Assembly (NCBI GenBank): GCA_051879715.1
Contig: JBJEMO010000071.1
Span: 4,762 to 68,761, forward strand
Direction: 5' to 3'
Length of the DNA: 64,000 nt
Source: Bilifractor sp.
Lineage (GTDB): Bacteria > Bacillota > Clostridia > Lachnospirales > Lachnospiraceae
A program made the position numbers and the translations under genes. Position 1 is the stretch's first letter. Each line of letters starts with the position of its first letter. The notes under the pieces were generated by a model that searched no databases, was not told the DNA's origin, and was given only the letters and a program-made list of their open reading frames with translations. Shown here piece by piece: positions 9,248 to 19,953 of the stretch.

Positions 9248-10373
9248 ATTTGCCTCCGTAATTGAAATACTTTTTGCGCTGCAGACAGATGTTCATGACA
9301 ATTCCCATACCGATATACAGACTGACCAGGGATGTGAGTCCATAGCTTACAAAAGGTAAAGGCGTCCCGGTATTGGGAAGGAGGCCTGTGGCAACGCAGA
9401 TATTAATGAAACTCTGAATAGAGATCAGACTTCCCATCCCATAACAGACCAGGGTACCGGAAAGATCCTTCGCCTCCCTTCCAGCCTTGAAGCACAGCAG
9501 AATGATCAGAAACAGAAGAAGAATGATAAAGACACTGCCTACAAAGCCAAGCTCCTCTCCGGCCACCGCAAAGATAAAATCATTTTGTATTTCAGAAATA
9601 AAGTTGCCGCTATTAGCTGACAGATCTGTGTTATCCAGTCCCTTCCCGGTAACCTGACCGGATCCAATTGCCATAATCGAATTCTGCTGCTGCATCTTCG
9701 AATCAGAATACTCTTCACTGTCCTCGGAACTGATAAAGGTCATGATACGTTTTTTCTGATAATCATCTACGATGTGCAGATCTGTTTTCACTATGAGGAA
9801 AAGCAGAACCAGTGCGATTGGAACGACAACTGCAAGGATAATACCGATTTTCCGATAACTCAGCCCTGCACCAAAGTACATCAGTGCAAATACAATCGAC
9901 ATAGTGATGGTATTCTTGAGATCCGGCTGACTCAGAATCAGAAACAGCGGAAATGCCAGAAGGATCAATGCCCGGAAGATGGTTTTCCAGCTGTTCAGAT
10001 CCTTTTCATGGTGCATAAAGTACATTGCAAAAAACAGAATGAGCAGGATCTTGCACAGCTCGGTAGGCTGGAACTGAAAACCTCCTATGTTGATCCACCG
10101 CGCTGCGCCCAGGGCTGTGGTGCCGAACAGACGGACAAGGACCAGCAGGATGATATTGATCAGATAAATAATCCAGTAAAAATGAAGGATCCAGCTATAA
10201 TCGATCAATGAAAGAATCACCATCAGAGTAAAACCCAGAATCACACCCATCAGCTGTCTGCTCTGCAGAGAAGAATCAGCAGAACCGACCAGAATAACGC
10301 CAATTACACTGATCAGGAGCAGCAGAAACATCAATGGAAAATTGTAATCCTTCAGTTTATAAAGCTTTAGCAT
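9180..10373 (-). CDS. rodA: SEDS-family peptidoglycan glycosyltransferase (RodA/FtsW/SpoVE)
   Basis: Polytopic membrane protein with SEDS-family sequence character, sitting directly downstream of PBP2 and mreBCD. Confidence 0.85.
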   Translation of the reverse strand: MLKLYKLKDYNFPLMFLLLLISVIGVILVGSADSSLQSRQLMGVILGFTLMVILSLIDYSWILHFYWIIYLINIILLVLVRLFGTTALGAARWINIGGFQFQPTELCKILLILFFAMYFMHHEKDLNSWKTIFRALILLAFPLFLILSQPDLKNTITMSIVFALMYFGAGLSYRKIGIILAVVVPIALVLLFLIVKTDLHIVDDYQKKRIMTFISSEDSEEYSDSKMQQQNSIMAIGSGQVTGKGLDNTDLSANSGNFISEIQNDFIFAVAGEELGFVGSVFIILLLFLIILLCFKAGREAKDLSGTLVCYGMGSLISIQSFINICVATGLLPNTGTPLPFVSYGLTSLVSLYIGMGIVMNICLQRKKYFNYGGKYVYTGETFKPEYDGNAYEKKSS

Positions 10374-10474
10374 AAAATACGCCTGACCTCCATCTGTTGT
10401 TCATTTCCGCAAAGCAGAAATACGCATGCATGCTTATGTATATATTCCATAAGCTGATGTATATATTTTATAAG

Positions 10475-13423
10475 TCAGTCAGCTACAATCTTCTTTGTGA
10501 CGGAATCTGTATTGGCATGGCCCAGAATGATATTGCTCTCAGAATCCAGATTGAAGTAATATCTGAGAGTATCTCTGGCAACAAGGCTTGCATTCGTTGA
10601 GCCGTAACCATTGGCAATGCGGACCGCAAAAGCAACATCGCTGTAGGATGTGCTGTCAGAAGCGCCGCTGGTAAATCCGATGACCAGACCATGGTCTGCG
10701 CGAAGCATGGATTCCTGTGCAGTACCGGTCTTTGCGTAAACAGTGATCGTATCAGAAAATCCCGGCCAGACTACTGTATCATTTGATACAACGCCCTGCA
10801 TGCCCGCATAAATCTCATTCCAGGTATCATCACTGATGGTATCTGCCGTGCTCAGTGTTTTTGCCTGGTTCTCTGAAAGGGTGTTGCCATTCGTATCAGT
10901 GGTCTTATCCAGCAGGGTCAGGTCCCTGCATACACCGCGGCTTGCGATCGTTGCTGCATAACGGGCCAGCTGTGTAGTAGTGTACTGATGTGTTCCCTGA
11001 CCAATGGAGGAAGGAATGGGAAGGCTGTCGGATACATGCGGATCTGACTCCGAGATTTCAATTCCGGTGCCCTCATCGAGCCCGAACATCTTTGCATATT
11101 TCTGTTCCGCAGCAAGGGCCTTGTCCTGATCATATTCTCCGTTGCTGTCAAGTCCCAGATCAAATCCGACCGTACAGAAAAATACGTTACAGGAATTTGT
11201 GATTCCCCCCACAACATCCAGGTATCCATGACCGTTGGCATTCCAGCAGGCAACCCGGTCAGAATCGGAGAGAAAGGCAATATCCTTGCCAAATACACCG
11301 GTACAGTCAATCATGGTTGAGTCATCGATCACGCCCTCTGTCAGACCTGCTGCGGCCATAATAGGCTTAAATGTGGATCCGGGCGCTGTGAGCTGCTGCG
11401 TAGCTTTATTGTAAAACGGTGTGGAGAGATCAGTGTTCAGCTTATTGTAATAATCCGTGTCCATATCATTGGCGAGCTTATTGCTGTCGTAGCCCGGGTA
11501 AGATACACAGGCGCGCACCTGTCCGGTGTCCGGATCGGTAATGACAATAGAACCCGAACAGGGATCCAGAGCCAGCATGGCAGGTGTGATCTCCAGATTA
11601 TAAATCTTATTGTACAGCAGCTGGTATGCACTGGTTGCACCACTCTCAAAGGAGGCGTAATCAGAGTCATCTGTTGACAGAACCCCCTGATCATACATGA
11701 TCTGCATAACCAGTTTCGGATCCATCTCATCATCCTGGAGCATGTATTTATACAGAAGCTGATGAAAAGCCTTCTCTGTTGTAATGTGACTGGTGATGAA
11801 GTCAACAACTGCCTGATAAATTTCATCTGACGTCAGGTATGAGGAATCCTCATCGCTGAGCTTGGATACGGAAATCCAGTTATTATTGGCCGCATAGGCC
11901 AGGAAAGCCCGCGGACTGATGGAGCCATCGGTAAAATAAGCCTGATATGTAGCATCGCTGGTGTCTATGGAGGAAGTGTCCAGTATACCATACTCCGTCT
12001 TCAGAAAATCTGTAATCACATAATCAAAAAAGGCTTTTTGTTCATCAGAAAGATCTGTATACTTTGTAGCATCATCCCGTCCAAGCTGATCTGTAATCCA
12101 GTTCAGGATGGACGTCTGCTTGGATTCCATCTCAGACTCGGCCTTTTTCTCATTCTCCGATGCATCGTCATCAGTAAAGCTGTCGATATCAATGATATTG
12201 TTTTCAATCAATGCATTGTAGCAGTCATAACTCGCTATTGAAATGGTATCATTATCTGCAAGCTTTGAGGCATCAACGGATTTTGCGTCAGTCAGATTTA
12301 TAAGAATAATACCGGCAATGCGTTCTTCCAGGATCTGGTAGGCAGTCTGCTGCAGCTCACTGTCTATGGTCAGATAAACATCGTTGCCCTTTGAAGGCTG
12401 TACCAGTGAGTCGGTATTTTCCGATACAACCTTTCCGAGATTATTAATGGTGATTTCTTCAGACCCATCCTTTCCCTGAAGCGTACTCTCCATTGCCTTT
12501 TCAATACCGGCTTTACCAACGATGGAATTACTGTTGTAGCGATCATCACCGTTACTGTAATCCTTCAGCTCATCGGTAGAAATTTTACCTGTGTAACCAA
12601 GGATCGGAGACATAGATTCTCCACCGTTATAAACACGTATATAATCCTCCGCGATCTGTACACCCTGGAGACTGTCCGCATTCTCCTTGACAGCCGCCAC
12701 TGTGCTGTCTGATACATTTGTTGCAACAGTAACAGCTACATATCGCTGATAGCTGACCAGGCTGAGCTGATATCTGACAACAATGATATCCAATGCCTCC
12801 TGTTTTGTAAGTTCCTCCGGGAGACCATTTGCCGCAAGCTCATCAGAAGTGTAAGGTTCATCCTCATCAGTCAGACCATAATAGTCTGATCCGCTCAGAT
12901 CCGATATGATCTTATCTGCAGATGCGTCCACTTCACCTTTTTTCAGCTCATCAGTTGTCTGATAACCATAGATATCCGCCCGAAACCGCTGGATCGTCGT
13001 TGTACCGTCTGTATCAAAGCTGTAGTTTCCATCCTGTCCGATGATAATATGAAAATCATGGGAAGGTGTATCCCCGTTTTTCCGGATCATCTGTGTCAGG
13101 CGATAAATGACCCCATTCAGAGCAAGATTCTTTTCTCTGGTGGTGTTATAGGTGCCATTATCTTCAATCGTCACATTGTTTGCCAGCTTGTTGCCTGCAA
13201 GGAGCTTTCCGTTGACATCATAGATATTTCCACGGGTACTTTTCAGGGTTCGGGTTGCAGTTGTCATAACCGTAAAGCTGTCTGCGTATTTTTTGCCGTT
13301 CAGTACCTGCAACTGAAAAAGGCGCAGAACAAGAACGGCAGATAGCGCCGCAAAAAACAGAATAAGAACCAGGCCTCTCCTGCTGAAAAAATGAATGAAT
13401 GCTGCCTTTATCTTCTTAACCAA
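10475..13423 (-). CDS. mrdA: Penicillin-binding protein 2 (class B transpeptidase), unusually long at 982 aa
   Basis: N-terminal TM anchor with STFKP (SxxK), SCN and KTGTAQ motifs in the C-terminal third. Located in the mreBCD-PBP2-rodA context. Confidence 0.85.
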   Translation of the reverse strand: MVKKIKAAFIHFFSRRGLVLILFFAALSAVLVLRLFQLQVLNGKKYADSFTVMTTATRTLKSTRGNIYDVNGKLLAGNKLANNVTIEDNGTYNTTREKNLALNGVIYRLTQMIRKNGDTPSHDFHIIIGQDGNYSFDTDGTTTIQRFRADIYGYQTTDELKKGEVDASADKIISDLSGSDYYGLTDEDEPYTSDELAANGLPEELTKQEALDIIVVRYQLSLVSYQRYVAVTVATNVSDSTVAAVKENADSLQGVQIAEDYIRVYNGGESMSPILGYTGKISTDELKDYSNGDDRYNSNSIVGKAGIEKAMESTLQGKDGSEEITINNLGKVVSENTDSLVQPSKGNDVYLTIDSELQQTAYQILEERIAGIILINLTDAKSVDASKLADNDTISIASYDCYNALIENNIIDIDSFTDDDASENEKKAESEMESKQTSILNWITDQLGRDDATKYTDLSDEQKAFFDYVITDFLKTEYGILDTSSIDTSDATYQAYFTDGSISPRAFLAYAANNNWISVSKLSDEDSSYLTSDEIYQAVVDFITSHITTEKAFHQLLYKYMLQDDEMDPKLVMQIMYDQGVLSTDDSDYASFESGATSAYQLLYNKIYNLEITPAMLALDPCSGSIVITDPDTGQVRACVSYPGYDSNKLANDMDTDYYNKLNTDLSTPFYNKATQQLTAPGSTFKPIMAAAGLTEGVIDDSTMIDCTGVFGKDIAFLSDSDRVACWNANGHGYLDVVGGITNSCNVFFCTVGFDLGLDSNGEYDQDKALAAEQKYAKMFGLDEGTGIEISESDPHVSDSLPIPSSIGQGTHQYTTTQLARYAATIASRGVCRDLTLLDKTTDTNGNTLSENQAKTLSTADTISDDTWNEIYAGMQGVVSNDTVVWPGFSDTITVYAKTGTAQESMLRADHGLVIGFTSGASDSTSYSDVAFAVRIANGYGSTNASLVARDTLRYYFNLDSESNIILGHANTDSVTKKIVAD

Positions 13424-13935
13424 GGTGATTGCTCTTCCTCCAGTTCATTAGCTGTAATCTTCTTGTTGAGCCAGTGATACAAAAAATACAGCGGAATCGT
13501 AAACAATACCGTACAGAATGTTTCGGGAAGAATTGTGTAAAGCAAACCGCTTCCAAAAGAAAGATCTGCACCTGAGAGCCGCCGGATAACATAGCTGAAT
13601 ACCCCGTACGCCAGGTCACTGATGCCGACAGCTACGAGGGGGACACGGATGTCGTCATCGAAAAAAACCTTGAAAAGAAATCCGTTGAAATATCCGATAT
13701 ACAGAAGAGCCAGAGCGGTAATGCCCAGGATTCTGCCATAAAAGAGATCCAGCATCAGTCCGGAAAGAAGTCCTGTCCACATACCGGATTTTTTTCCACG
13801 CATATACCCGTTACAGCAGGTGAGAATCAGCACAAGATTCGGAACTGCAAGAACGGATGGAAAAATCAGGTTGAAGGATGACTGTGCCAGAAATGTCACA
13901 ACTATGATCAGAAAAATACAGATATTTTTCTTCAT
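13408..13935 (-). CDS. mreD: Rod shape-determining protein MreD
   Basis: Small polytopic membrane protein immediately downstream of mreC, overlapping both neighbouring genes. Confidence 0.8.
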   Translation of the reverse strand: MKKNICIFLIIVVTFLAQSSFNLIFPSVLAVPNLVLILTCCNGYMRGKKSGMWTGLLSGLMLDLFYGRILGITALALLYIGYFNGFLFKVFFDDDIRVPLVAVGISDLAYGVFSYVIRRLSGADLSFGSGLLYTILPETFCTVLFTIPLYFLYHWLNKKITANELEEEQSPWLRR

Positions 13936-14780
13936 GAGTCAGTGGTCTCCTTAAGCTGTTTGATGATCAGAACATGATTGATTGATGAGAAATCAACTGC
14001 AGGAATCACATAGCCGGTCTTGGTCAGAAGATTTGAGTCATTTTCGACAGAATCTACATATCCGATCAGAATCCCCGGGAGATACTTGTCACTGATATTA
14101 GAGGTGACAACTCTTTCACCGGTAGAAACAGTCGCGTCAGCGCTCAATTCGCTCAGTGCAAGCTTACCGGAATCCATCAGTGAAAGACTTCCGGTAACGA
14201 TACAGTTCTCGGAAGAATCCAGGAGCATGGCACTCACATTATTGCCGTCATCGATCAGGGAACGCACCTTTGCCCAGTTTGATCCGACTTCTGTTACAAT
14301 ACCGGCAAGACCGCCGTCACACAGTACATTCATATTTACCGCAACGCCATCATTGCTTCCGCGGTTGACGGTAAAGCTGTTATACCAGTTTCCGCTGTCT
14401 TTTGCTATGACAGTGGCAGCAATCTTGTCATAATCGTTGTAATCCTGATCCAGACTATAGAGATTTCTGAGATCCTCAAGTTCCTTTGTATTTTCTGTGA
14501 GAACCGTATTCTCTTCCTCCAGATCAGAAATCTTGCTTTTGAGTGCCTCATTCTCTTTTGCAAGCTCCCTTGCGTTTTTCTGCCCGATCTCCTGTCCGTT
14601 CAGCCAGTCACCCACCTTGTTGATGCCCGTCTGAATTGGTACCAGCAGTGTGCCGGCAGCATTCCGGATCGGTGTGACAGGAACAAGCTCGCTGGCTGTC
14701 AGCAGAACCAGTGAAATGCAGATGATTGTCAGGATGACAAGCAGATATCGGCTTTTGATGTGTGTACCTTTTTTCTTCAT
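13932..14780 (-). CDS. mreC: Rod shape-determining protein MreC
   Basis: N-terminal TM segment, a coiled-coil segment (LKSKISDLEEENTVLTENTKELEDL) and a beta-rich C-terminal domain. Overlaps mreB by 4 nt. Confidence 0.85.
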   Translation of the reverse strand: MKKKGTHIKSRYLLVILTIICISLVLLTASELVPVTPIRNAAGTLLVPIQTGINKVGDWLNGQEIGQKNARELAKENEALKSKISDLEEENTVLTENTKELEDLRNLYSLDQDYNDYDKIAATVIAKDSGNWYNSFTVNRGSNDGVAVNMNVLCDGGLAGIVTEVGSNWAKVRSLIDDGNNVSAMLLDSSENCIVTGSLSLMDSGKLALSELSADATVSTGERVVTSNISDKYLPGILIGYVDSVENDSNLLTKTGYVIPAVDFSSINHVLIIKQLKETTDS

Positions 14781-15796
14781 GTATATGACTTCTTTCCTGG
14801 CAGATATGCCCAGTGCTGCAATTCGGGGTGGTTAATCAGCTCCTTGAGACCGCAGACAGTGCTGAGTTCATAATATCTGGATAGAATCACGGGGCAGCCC
14901 AGCGCATTTTCCAGAAATGGAACAATACCGGCAATATGCGTGCTGCCACCTGTGATATAGATGCCTTCCTTCATGACATTTGCATGGATCTGAGGTGGAA
15001 TGCGTTCCATGATCCGACGGATTTCCTCTGCAATCTTCTGCATTTCTGATGCGACACTTGCTGTGATATTATAGCTGGTCACGATTCCGTTTCTCGGCAA
15101 CCCGCTGTCCAGATCAATTCCGCTCACCTTACATCCCTCATTTTTCTCCTGGTCCAGATCTGTCAGTGTGAGCTTCAGCCGCTGTGCAGTATGCTGGCTG
15201 ATGATAAAACTGTTCTTTCTCCGGACATTATCAACAATGGATGAGGTAAAAGCCTGTCCGCCGATCGGAATCATCCGGCTGATGATCACGTGTTCTTTTG
15301 CAATGAAAGACACCTCGGTGCTCTGTGCGCCGATGTTGATGATCATGGAACCCTTGGTATGATGCAGCGGAATACCAAGGGCCAGTGCATCTGCAATGGG
15401 CTTTTCCACCAGATAAACCTGGCTTTTTCGGAATCGTCCCTTACGTGCGATTGTCGAATATGCTCTTCTCTCAATTTCTGTCATATCTACCGGCACAGAG
15501 AAAAAAAGAAGCGGATGAAAGCCGGCAAAGCCCCCGGTTCTTCCCAGCAGTGTGTGCAGAATGGCTTCCATCATCAATACGTCATTGATCCGTCCATTGC
15601 GCATCGGTGAGATCGTCTTGATGTTGTTCGGCGTTTTCTCATACATGGCGTAGGCGTCATTGCCAACAGCGATCACAGTGTCCTCGTTACGGACTGCAAT
15701 CATATTTACTTCTTTTGTGATGGTATCTTTATTCTGTTCGTAGATTTTGACCGTTCCGGTACCCATATCTACGCCATAAACATGGTTGAATGACAT
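14777..15796 (-). CDS. mreB: MreB-family actin-like protein
   Basis: Actin/HSP70-fold phosphate motifs (GVDMGTGTVKI, GGSTHIAGI). It is the first gene of the mreBCD set. Confidence 0.85.
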   Translation of the reverse strand: MSFNHVYGVDMGTGTVKIYEQNKDTITKEVNMIAVRNEDTVIAVGNDAYAMYEKTPNNIKTISPMRNGRINDVLMMEAILHTLLGRTGGFAGFHPLLFFSVPVDMTEIERRAYSTIARKGRFRKSQVYLVEKPIADALALGIPLHHTKGSMIINIGAQSTEVSFIAKEHVIISRMIPIGGQAFTSSIVDNVRRKNSFIISQHTAQRLKLTLTDLDQEKNEGCKVSGIDLDSGLPRNGIVTSYNITASVASEMQKIAEEIRRIMERIPPQIHANVMKEGIYITGGSTHIAGIVPFLENALGCPVILSRYYELSTVCGLKELINHPELQHWAYLPGKKSYT

Positions 15797-15831
15797 TCTG
15801 TAAACTCCTGCTCTATTTGGAATATGATCTG

Positions 15832-16572
15832 TCAGGGTTTTTCTGCCGCTTCTTTCAGCCCGGATGAATCTGCCAGTCTGTCCATAAAGCCATCATTGCG
15901 AAAACTGAAGTAAGTGTGGTCACCGATAATGATATGATCAGATAATTCAATACCAATCAGCGCTCCGGAGCGGTAAATAGATTCTGTCACCATGTAATCC
16001 TCTTTGCTCGGCGCCGGGTCACCACTTGGATGATTGTGAATCAGCACCATAAAAACGGCATGGTAGGATAATGCTCTCTGCAGAACCTCCCGGGGAGATA
16101 CAAGAGACATATTCACAGTCCCGGATGAAATTTCTGTGTCTGCAATCAGATGGAGACGGCTGTCCAGCATAACACAGATTACCTTTTCCGTTTCCATATG
16201 GCGCATTTCTTCCATATAATACTGTGCGATTGTCTCAGGGTTGTTAAACCGTCGGGAGGAGGATGTTCCCTCTCTGGCAATCCGTCTGGAGAGCTCTCCA
16301 ATACAAAGAATCTGCAGCGCCTTTACAGTACCGATTCCCTCAAGAGAAGTAAGATCCTGCAGCGTCAGATGATAAATACCCAGCAGTCCGTTCTGAAAGC
16401 GGCAGAGCTGCAGAATCTCCTCTGCCAGCTGCAGGGAGTTCTTCCCTCTTGTTCCTGAGCGCAGAATAACAGCCAGCAGTTCTGCATCAGTAAGCGCCTG
16501 TGGCCCCATACGCAGTCCCTTCTCATAGGGACGGGACTGGTCGGGCATTTCCTTCATTTTCATATTTTTCAT
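15832..16572 (-). CDS. radC: RadC-family JAB/MPN domain protein
   Basis: JAMM motif HNHPSGDPAPS. Start moved to ATG 16572 (MKNMKMKEMPD) because the longer ORF to 16710 overlaps the upstream gene and adds non-homologous-looking sequence. Confidence 0.85.
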   Translation of the reverse strand: MKNMKMKEMPDQSRPYEKGLRMGPQALTDAELLAVILRSGTRGKNSLQLAEEILQLCRFQNGLLGIYHLTLQDLTSLEGIGTVKALQILCIGELSRRIAREGTSSSRRFNNPETIAQYYMEEMRHMETEKVICVMLDSRLHLIADTEISSGTVNMSLVSPREVLQRALSYHAVFMVLIHNHPSGDPAPSKEDYMVTESIYRSGALIGIELSDHIIIGDHTYFSFRNDGFMDRLADSSGLKEAAEKP

Positions 16573-16672
16573 TGCACACTCCTGATCCCATGTGAAGCGT
16601 GACAAAAAATAATCCTGCGAAACATAATTGTAACACATAATGAAAGAACTGTGAATGTGAAAACTTTTTATC

Positions 16673-18307
16673 TCAGAACGCTTTATATATGGAAGCAATC
16701 TGCTCGGCAACCTTTAGTCCATCCATAGCAGCAGATGTGATACCTCCCGCATATCCGGCGCCCTCTCCACAGGGATACAGACCCCTGATCGTGCTTTGAA
16801 GGGTATCATCCCGTACAATCCGGATCGGTGATGAGGTGCGGCTTTCCACACCTGACAGCAGTGTGTCATTTCCTGCGAAGCCCGGTATTTTTCTGTCGAA
16901 TGCCAGAAGGCCCTGCTCGATAGATTCTGCAATATAATCAGGAAGGATATGCCGGACATTGGCAGGGGTATACCCGCCCTTCGTGCATGGAACAATAGAT
17001 CCTATGTCTCCTGCGCGGTTCTTCCGGAAATCCTCAAAGCGCTGGATGGGAATTTTTCCCTCTCCCTCCCGGAAAGCCATGGATTCAAGATGCCGTTGAA
17101 AATACATTCCGTTCAGCACATCCGGCCTGCCTTCCTGATGAAAAGCTGAAAAATCATCCGGTGTTACAGATACCACAATTGCACTGTTCGCGTTACGGGA
17201 ATCTCTGGCATGATAGCTCATCCCGTTTACGGCAAGCATTCCCTCTTCAGAGGAGGCATTGACCACATAGCCTCCCGGGCACATGCAGAAGGAGTATACT
17301 CCTCTTCCGTTTCCTGTCCGTCCGGTGAGCTTATAGGGAGCAGCACCAAGCATGGATGGTGCGTCCGGACCATACTGGTCCCGGTTGATCATCTCCTGCA
17401 GGTGCTCGACACGGACACCCGCAGCAAAAGCCTTCGGCTCCATGCGAAGATTCCTGCCTGCCAGCATTTCAAATGTATCCCTGGCTGAATGGCCGATGGC
17501 CAGAACAACGGCGTCTGCATAATATTCTCTTCCGTCAGCCGTCCGAACACCCCTGATCTGTTCTTCTCCTGTGATCCCATCAGTTCTTGTGATAAACGCA
17601 GTAACTTTGCTGCGGAAATGGACTTCCCCGCCATGCTGGAGAATCTGATTTCTGAGGTTCTCCACGATCTGCACCAGCAGATCCGTGCCAAGATGCGGCT
17701 TATTGTCATAGAGAATATCCTCAGGTGCACCAGCCTGTACGAAAATCCGCAGAACTTCATGGTTCCTTCCAAACCGGTCCTTTACGCCTGTATTCAGCTT
17801 GCCGTCAGAAAAGGTACCGGCACCGCCTTCTCCAAACTGCACATTACAATCCGGATCCAGTACGCCTGTTCTCCAGAATGCCTCGACCCTGCTCCTGCGT
17901 TCCGATGCACGCTCGCCCCGCTCCAGAAGGACCGGCCGGTAACCATGCACAGCAAGCTCCCAGGCACAGAACAGACCGGCAGGTCCGCTGCCGACGACAA
18001 TCGGTGGGGCACAGAGCTCCTTTTTGCCTGCATCGGGAAAGGTATAAACAGGCAGATGAAAAGCTGAAATATTTCTGTTCTTTTCCGAACGGACCAGAAT
18101 ATGTCTCTCCGTCTTCTGTGAGGATAGGCATACACCCAGGGTATAGACAAAGAGAATAGCACTTTTATCCCTGGCATCGATAGATTTTCTGAGTATTTTA
18201 AGATCGGTTATTTCATCTGAACTTACGTGAAGAAGTTTTTCGACTTTATGTAAGAGCTGTTCCTGTGTATGTGACACCGGAAGCCTTACCTGAGCAATCT
18301 GAATCAT
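16673..18307 (-). CDS. FAD-dependent oxidoreductase (COG2509-type)
   Basis: Dinucleotide-binding motif VVGSGPAGLF with a second GxG region and a C-terminal CGEGAGYAGGI motif. Start taken at MIQIAQVRL (ATG 18307). Confidence 0.75.
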   Translation of the reverse strand: MIQIAQVRLPVSHTQEQLLHKVEKLLHVSSDEITDLKILRKSIDARDKSAILFVYTLGVCLSSQKTERHILVRSEKNRNISAFHLPVYTFPDAGKKELCAPPIVVGSGPAGLFCAWELAVHGYRPVLLERGERASERRSRVEAFWRTGVLDPDCNVQFGEGGAGTFSDGKLNTGVKDRFGRNHEVLRIFVQAGAPEDILYDNKPHLGTDLLVQIVENLRNQILQHGGEVHFRSKVTAFITRTDGITGEEQIRGVRTADGREYYADAVVLAIGHSARDTFEMLAGRNLRMEPKAFAAGVRVEHLQEMINRDQYGPDAPSMLGAAPYKLTGRTGNGRGVYSFCMCPGGYVVNASSEEGMLAVNGMSYHARDSRNANSAIVVSVTPDDFSAFHQEGRPDVLNGMYFQRHLESMAFREGEGKIPIQRFEDFRKNRAGDIGSIVPCTKGGYTPANVRHILPDYIAESIEQGLLAFDRKIPGFAGNDTLLSGVESRTSSPIRIVRDDTLQSTIRGLYPCGEGAGYAGGITSAAMDGLKVAEQIASIYKAF

Positions 18308-18587
18308 ACAATCACCTTTAAATCCGGCTCTGGCGGACACAGTCTATCCGCGGAGACGCCAAAATATATTCTGCATTCGGTCTGTACCCGAAGGTTTCAT
18401 GTTCGTATGCCGGTATTATAAGACCGGCACTGAAAATTGGCAAACCCATCTTGCTCGCGGATTCCCTAATTAAAATGAATGAGAAGGATGAGGCATCTAC
18501 TTCAGAATAATGCCTTTCTTCTGCTATTCGCAGGGTATACAATAGGAGCGGAAATTCAAAATATCATTTTCTTGTGGAGGTTTAATC

Positions 18588-19760
18588 ATGGATATTTTTA
18601 ATTGCTACGCACCGACCCGTGTCGTTTTTGGCAGAAATGCACTGAAGAGGCTGCATATGCTTCCGGCGTTAGGCAAAAAAGCACTTCTGGTGACAAGTAA
18701 TGGAAAATCCACCATCACAAACGGCTCCTTCGACAAAACTGTGGGAGAACTGAAGGCACTCGGTGTGGAATATGTTCACTATAATCATATTGCAGCAAAT
18801 CCGGAAAATACCGCTGTAGAGGAAGGCGCAAAGATCGGCCGTGCCGAGGGTGTGGACTTTGTGATCGCGCTTGGCGGCGGTTCTGTTATGGATGCCTCCA
18901 AGAGTATTGCAATGCTGATACCTCAGCACACGGACAGCCTCTGGGATTTTGCAAATTCACCGGCCGGCGGCAAGCAGATGCCCACAGAAAAATCACTTCC
19001 ATGGATTGCCATCACCACATCTGCCGGAACCGGGTCAGAGGTTGATGCAACAAGTGTTATCTCAAATCCTGGCGCACATGAAAAAATCGGAGTCAGCGGC
19101 TGTGCCTTTGCTGCATACGCTATAGTTGATCCGGAGCTGATGCGCACTGTTCCACCGAAATTCACGGCTTATCAGGGCTTTGACGCTCTCTTCCATTCTC
19201 TGGAGGGCTATATAAGCTGTAAGCACAACCTGATGAGTGAAATGGTAGAGCGCACAGCAATAGAAAATATCGGCAGATATCTTCCGAGAGCTGTCAGAGA
19301 CGGAAATGACATGGAGGCAAGAGAGAAAGTGGCCTTCGCCAATACACTCTCCGGTTACTCAATGGTATTTGCTTCCTGCGCATCTGAACACAGCATGGAG
19401 CACGCGATGAGCGCCTATCATACTGCACTGCCCCATGGAGCCGGACTGATCATGATTTCTCTGGAATATTTCCGCTTCTGGATCAATAAGCATGTCTGTG
19501 ATGAACGATTCATCGATATGGCAAGATTTCTCGGAAAAACAGACGCAAATCGCCCGGAAGATTTCCTGGACGCTCTTGCCGACCTGCAGCGTGCCTGTGG
19601 CGTGGATGATCTGAAAATGTCTGATTTTGGCATCAAAAAGGAAGATGCCATGACACTTGCAAAAAATGCAAGAGCAACGATGAACCGCCTGTTCCTTGCT
19701 GATCCTGCAGAGACGACAGATGAAGAAATTGCCGGAATCTATGAGCGTGCTTATCGATAA
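18588..19760 (+). CDS. Iron-containing (class III) alcohol dehydrogenase
   Basis: GGGSVMD motif and conserved His-rich metal region (HSLEG...HSMEHAMSAYH...HG). GGAGG RBS lies 7 nt upstream. Confidence 0.85.
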   Translation: MDIFNCYAPTRVVFGRNALKRLHMLPALGKKALLVTSNGKSTITNGSFDKTVGELKALGVEYVHYNHIAANPENTAVEEGAKIGRAEGVDFVIALGGGSVMDASKSIAMLIPQHTDSLWDFANSPAGGKQMPTEKSLPWIAITTSAGTGSEVDATSVISNPGAHEKIGVSGCAFAAYAIVDPELMRTVPPKFTAYQGFDALFHSLEGYISCKHNLMSEMVERTAIENIGRYLPRAVRDGNDMEAREKVAFANTLSGYSMVFASCASEHSMEHAMSAYHTALPHGAGLIMISLEYFRFWINKHVCDERFIDMARFLGKTDANRPEDFLDALADLQRACGVDDLKMSDFGIKKEDAMTLAKNARATMNRLFLADPAETTDEEIAGIYERAYR

Positions 19761-19900
19761 GATGGCAGCGCACAATACCGATCGCAGGATAAGCTGAAGA
19801 AAGATACAGAAGCTGAGCGCGATTTGAAGCTTATGCAATGTAATTTGAAGTTTATGAAGAACAGTTTGAAGGTCAGGCAGAAATAAAACACATGTATAGA

Positions 19901-19936
19901 GGCAGGCAGGGATTTTGCATAAAATCCCTGCCTGCC
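19901..19936. terminator. Hairpin between convergent adh and lipoprotein genes
   Basis: 16-bp perfect stem GGCAGGCAGGGATTTT / AAAATCCCTGCCTGCC with a GCAT loop. There is no clean external U-tract on either strand. Confidence 0.5.
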
Positions 19937-19953
19937 GTCGTATCAGTGTTGGG

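Noticed and set aside
16573-16710. N-terminal 46-codon extension of radC
   Set aside because: It overlaps the 3' end of the upstream FAD-protein gene. The sequence (MPSRLLPYIKRSEIKSFHIHSSF..) looks non-coding, and a good internal ATG exists at 16572.
18409-18428. GCCGGT..ACCGGC hairpin in the divergent region upstream of the alcohol dehydrogenase, considered as a riboswitch or terminator
   Set aside because: The 6-bp stem has no U-tract on either strand, no upstream gene ends there, and I could not match the 250-nt leader to any riboswitch class from memory.
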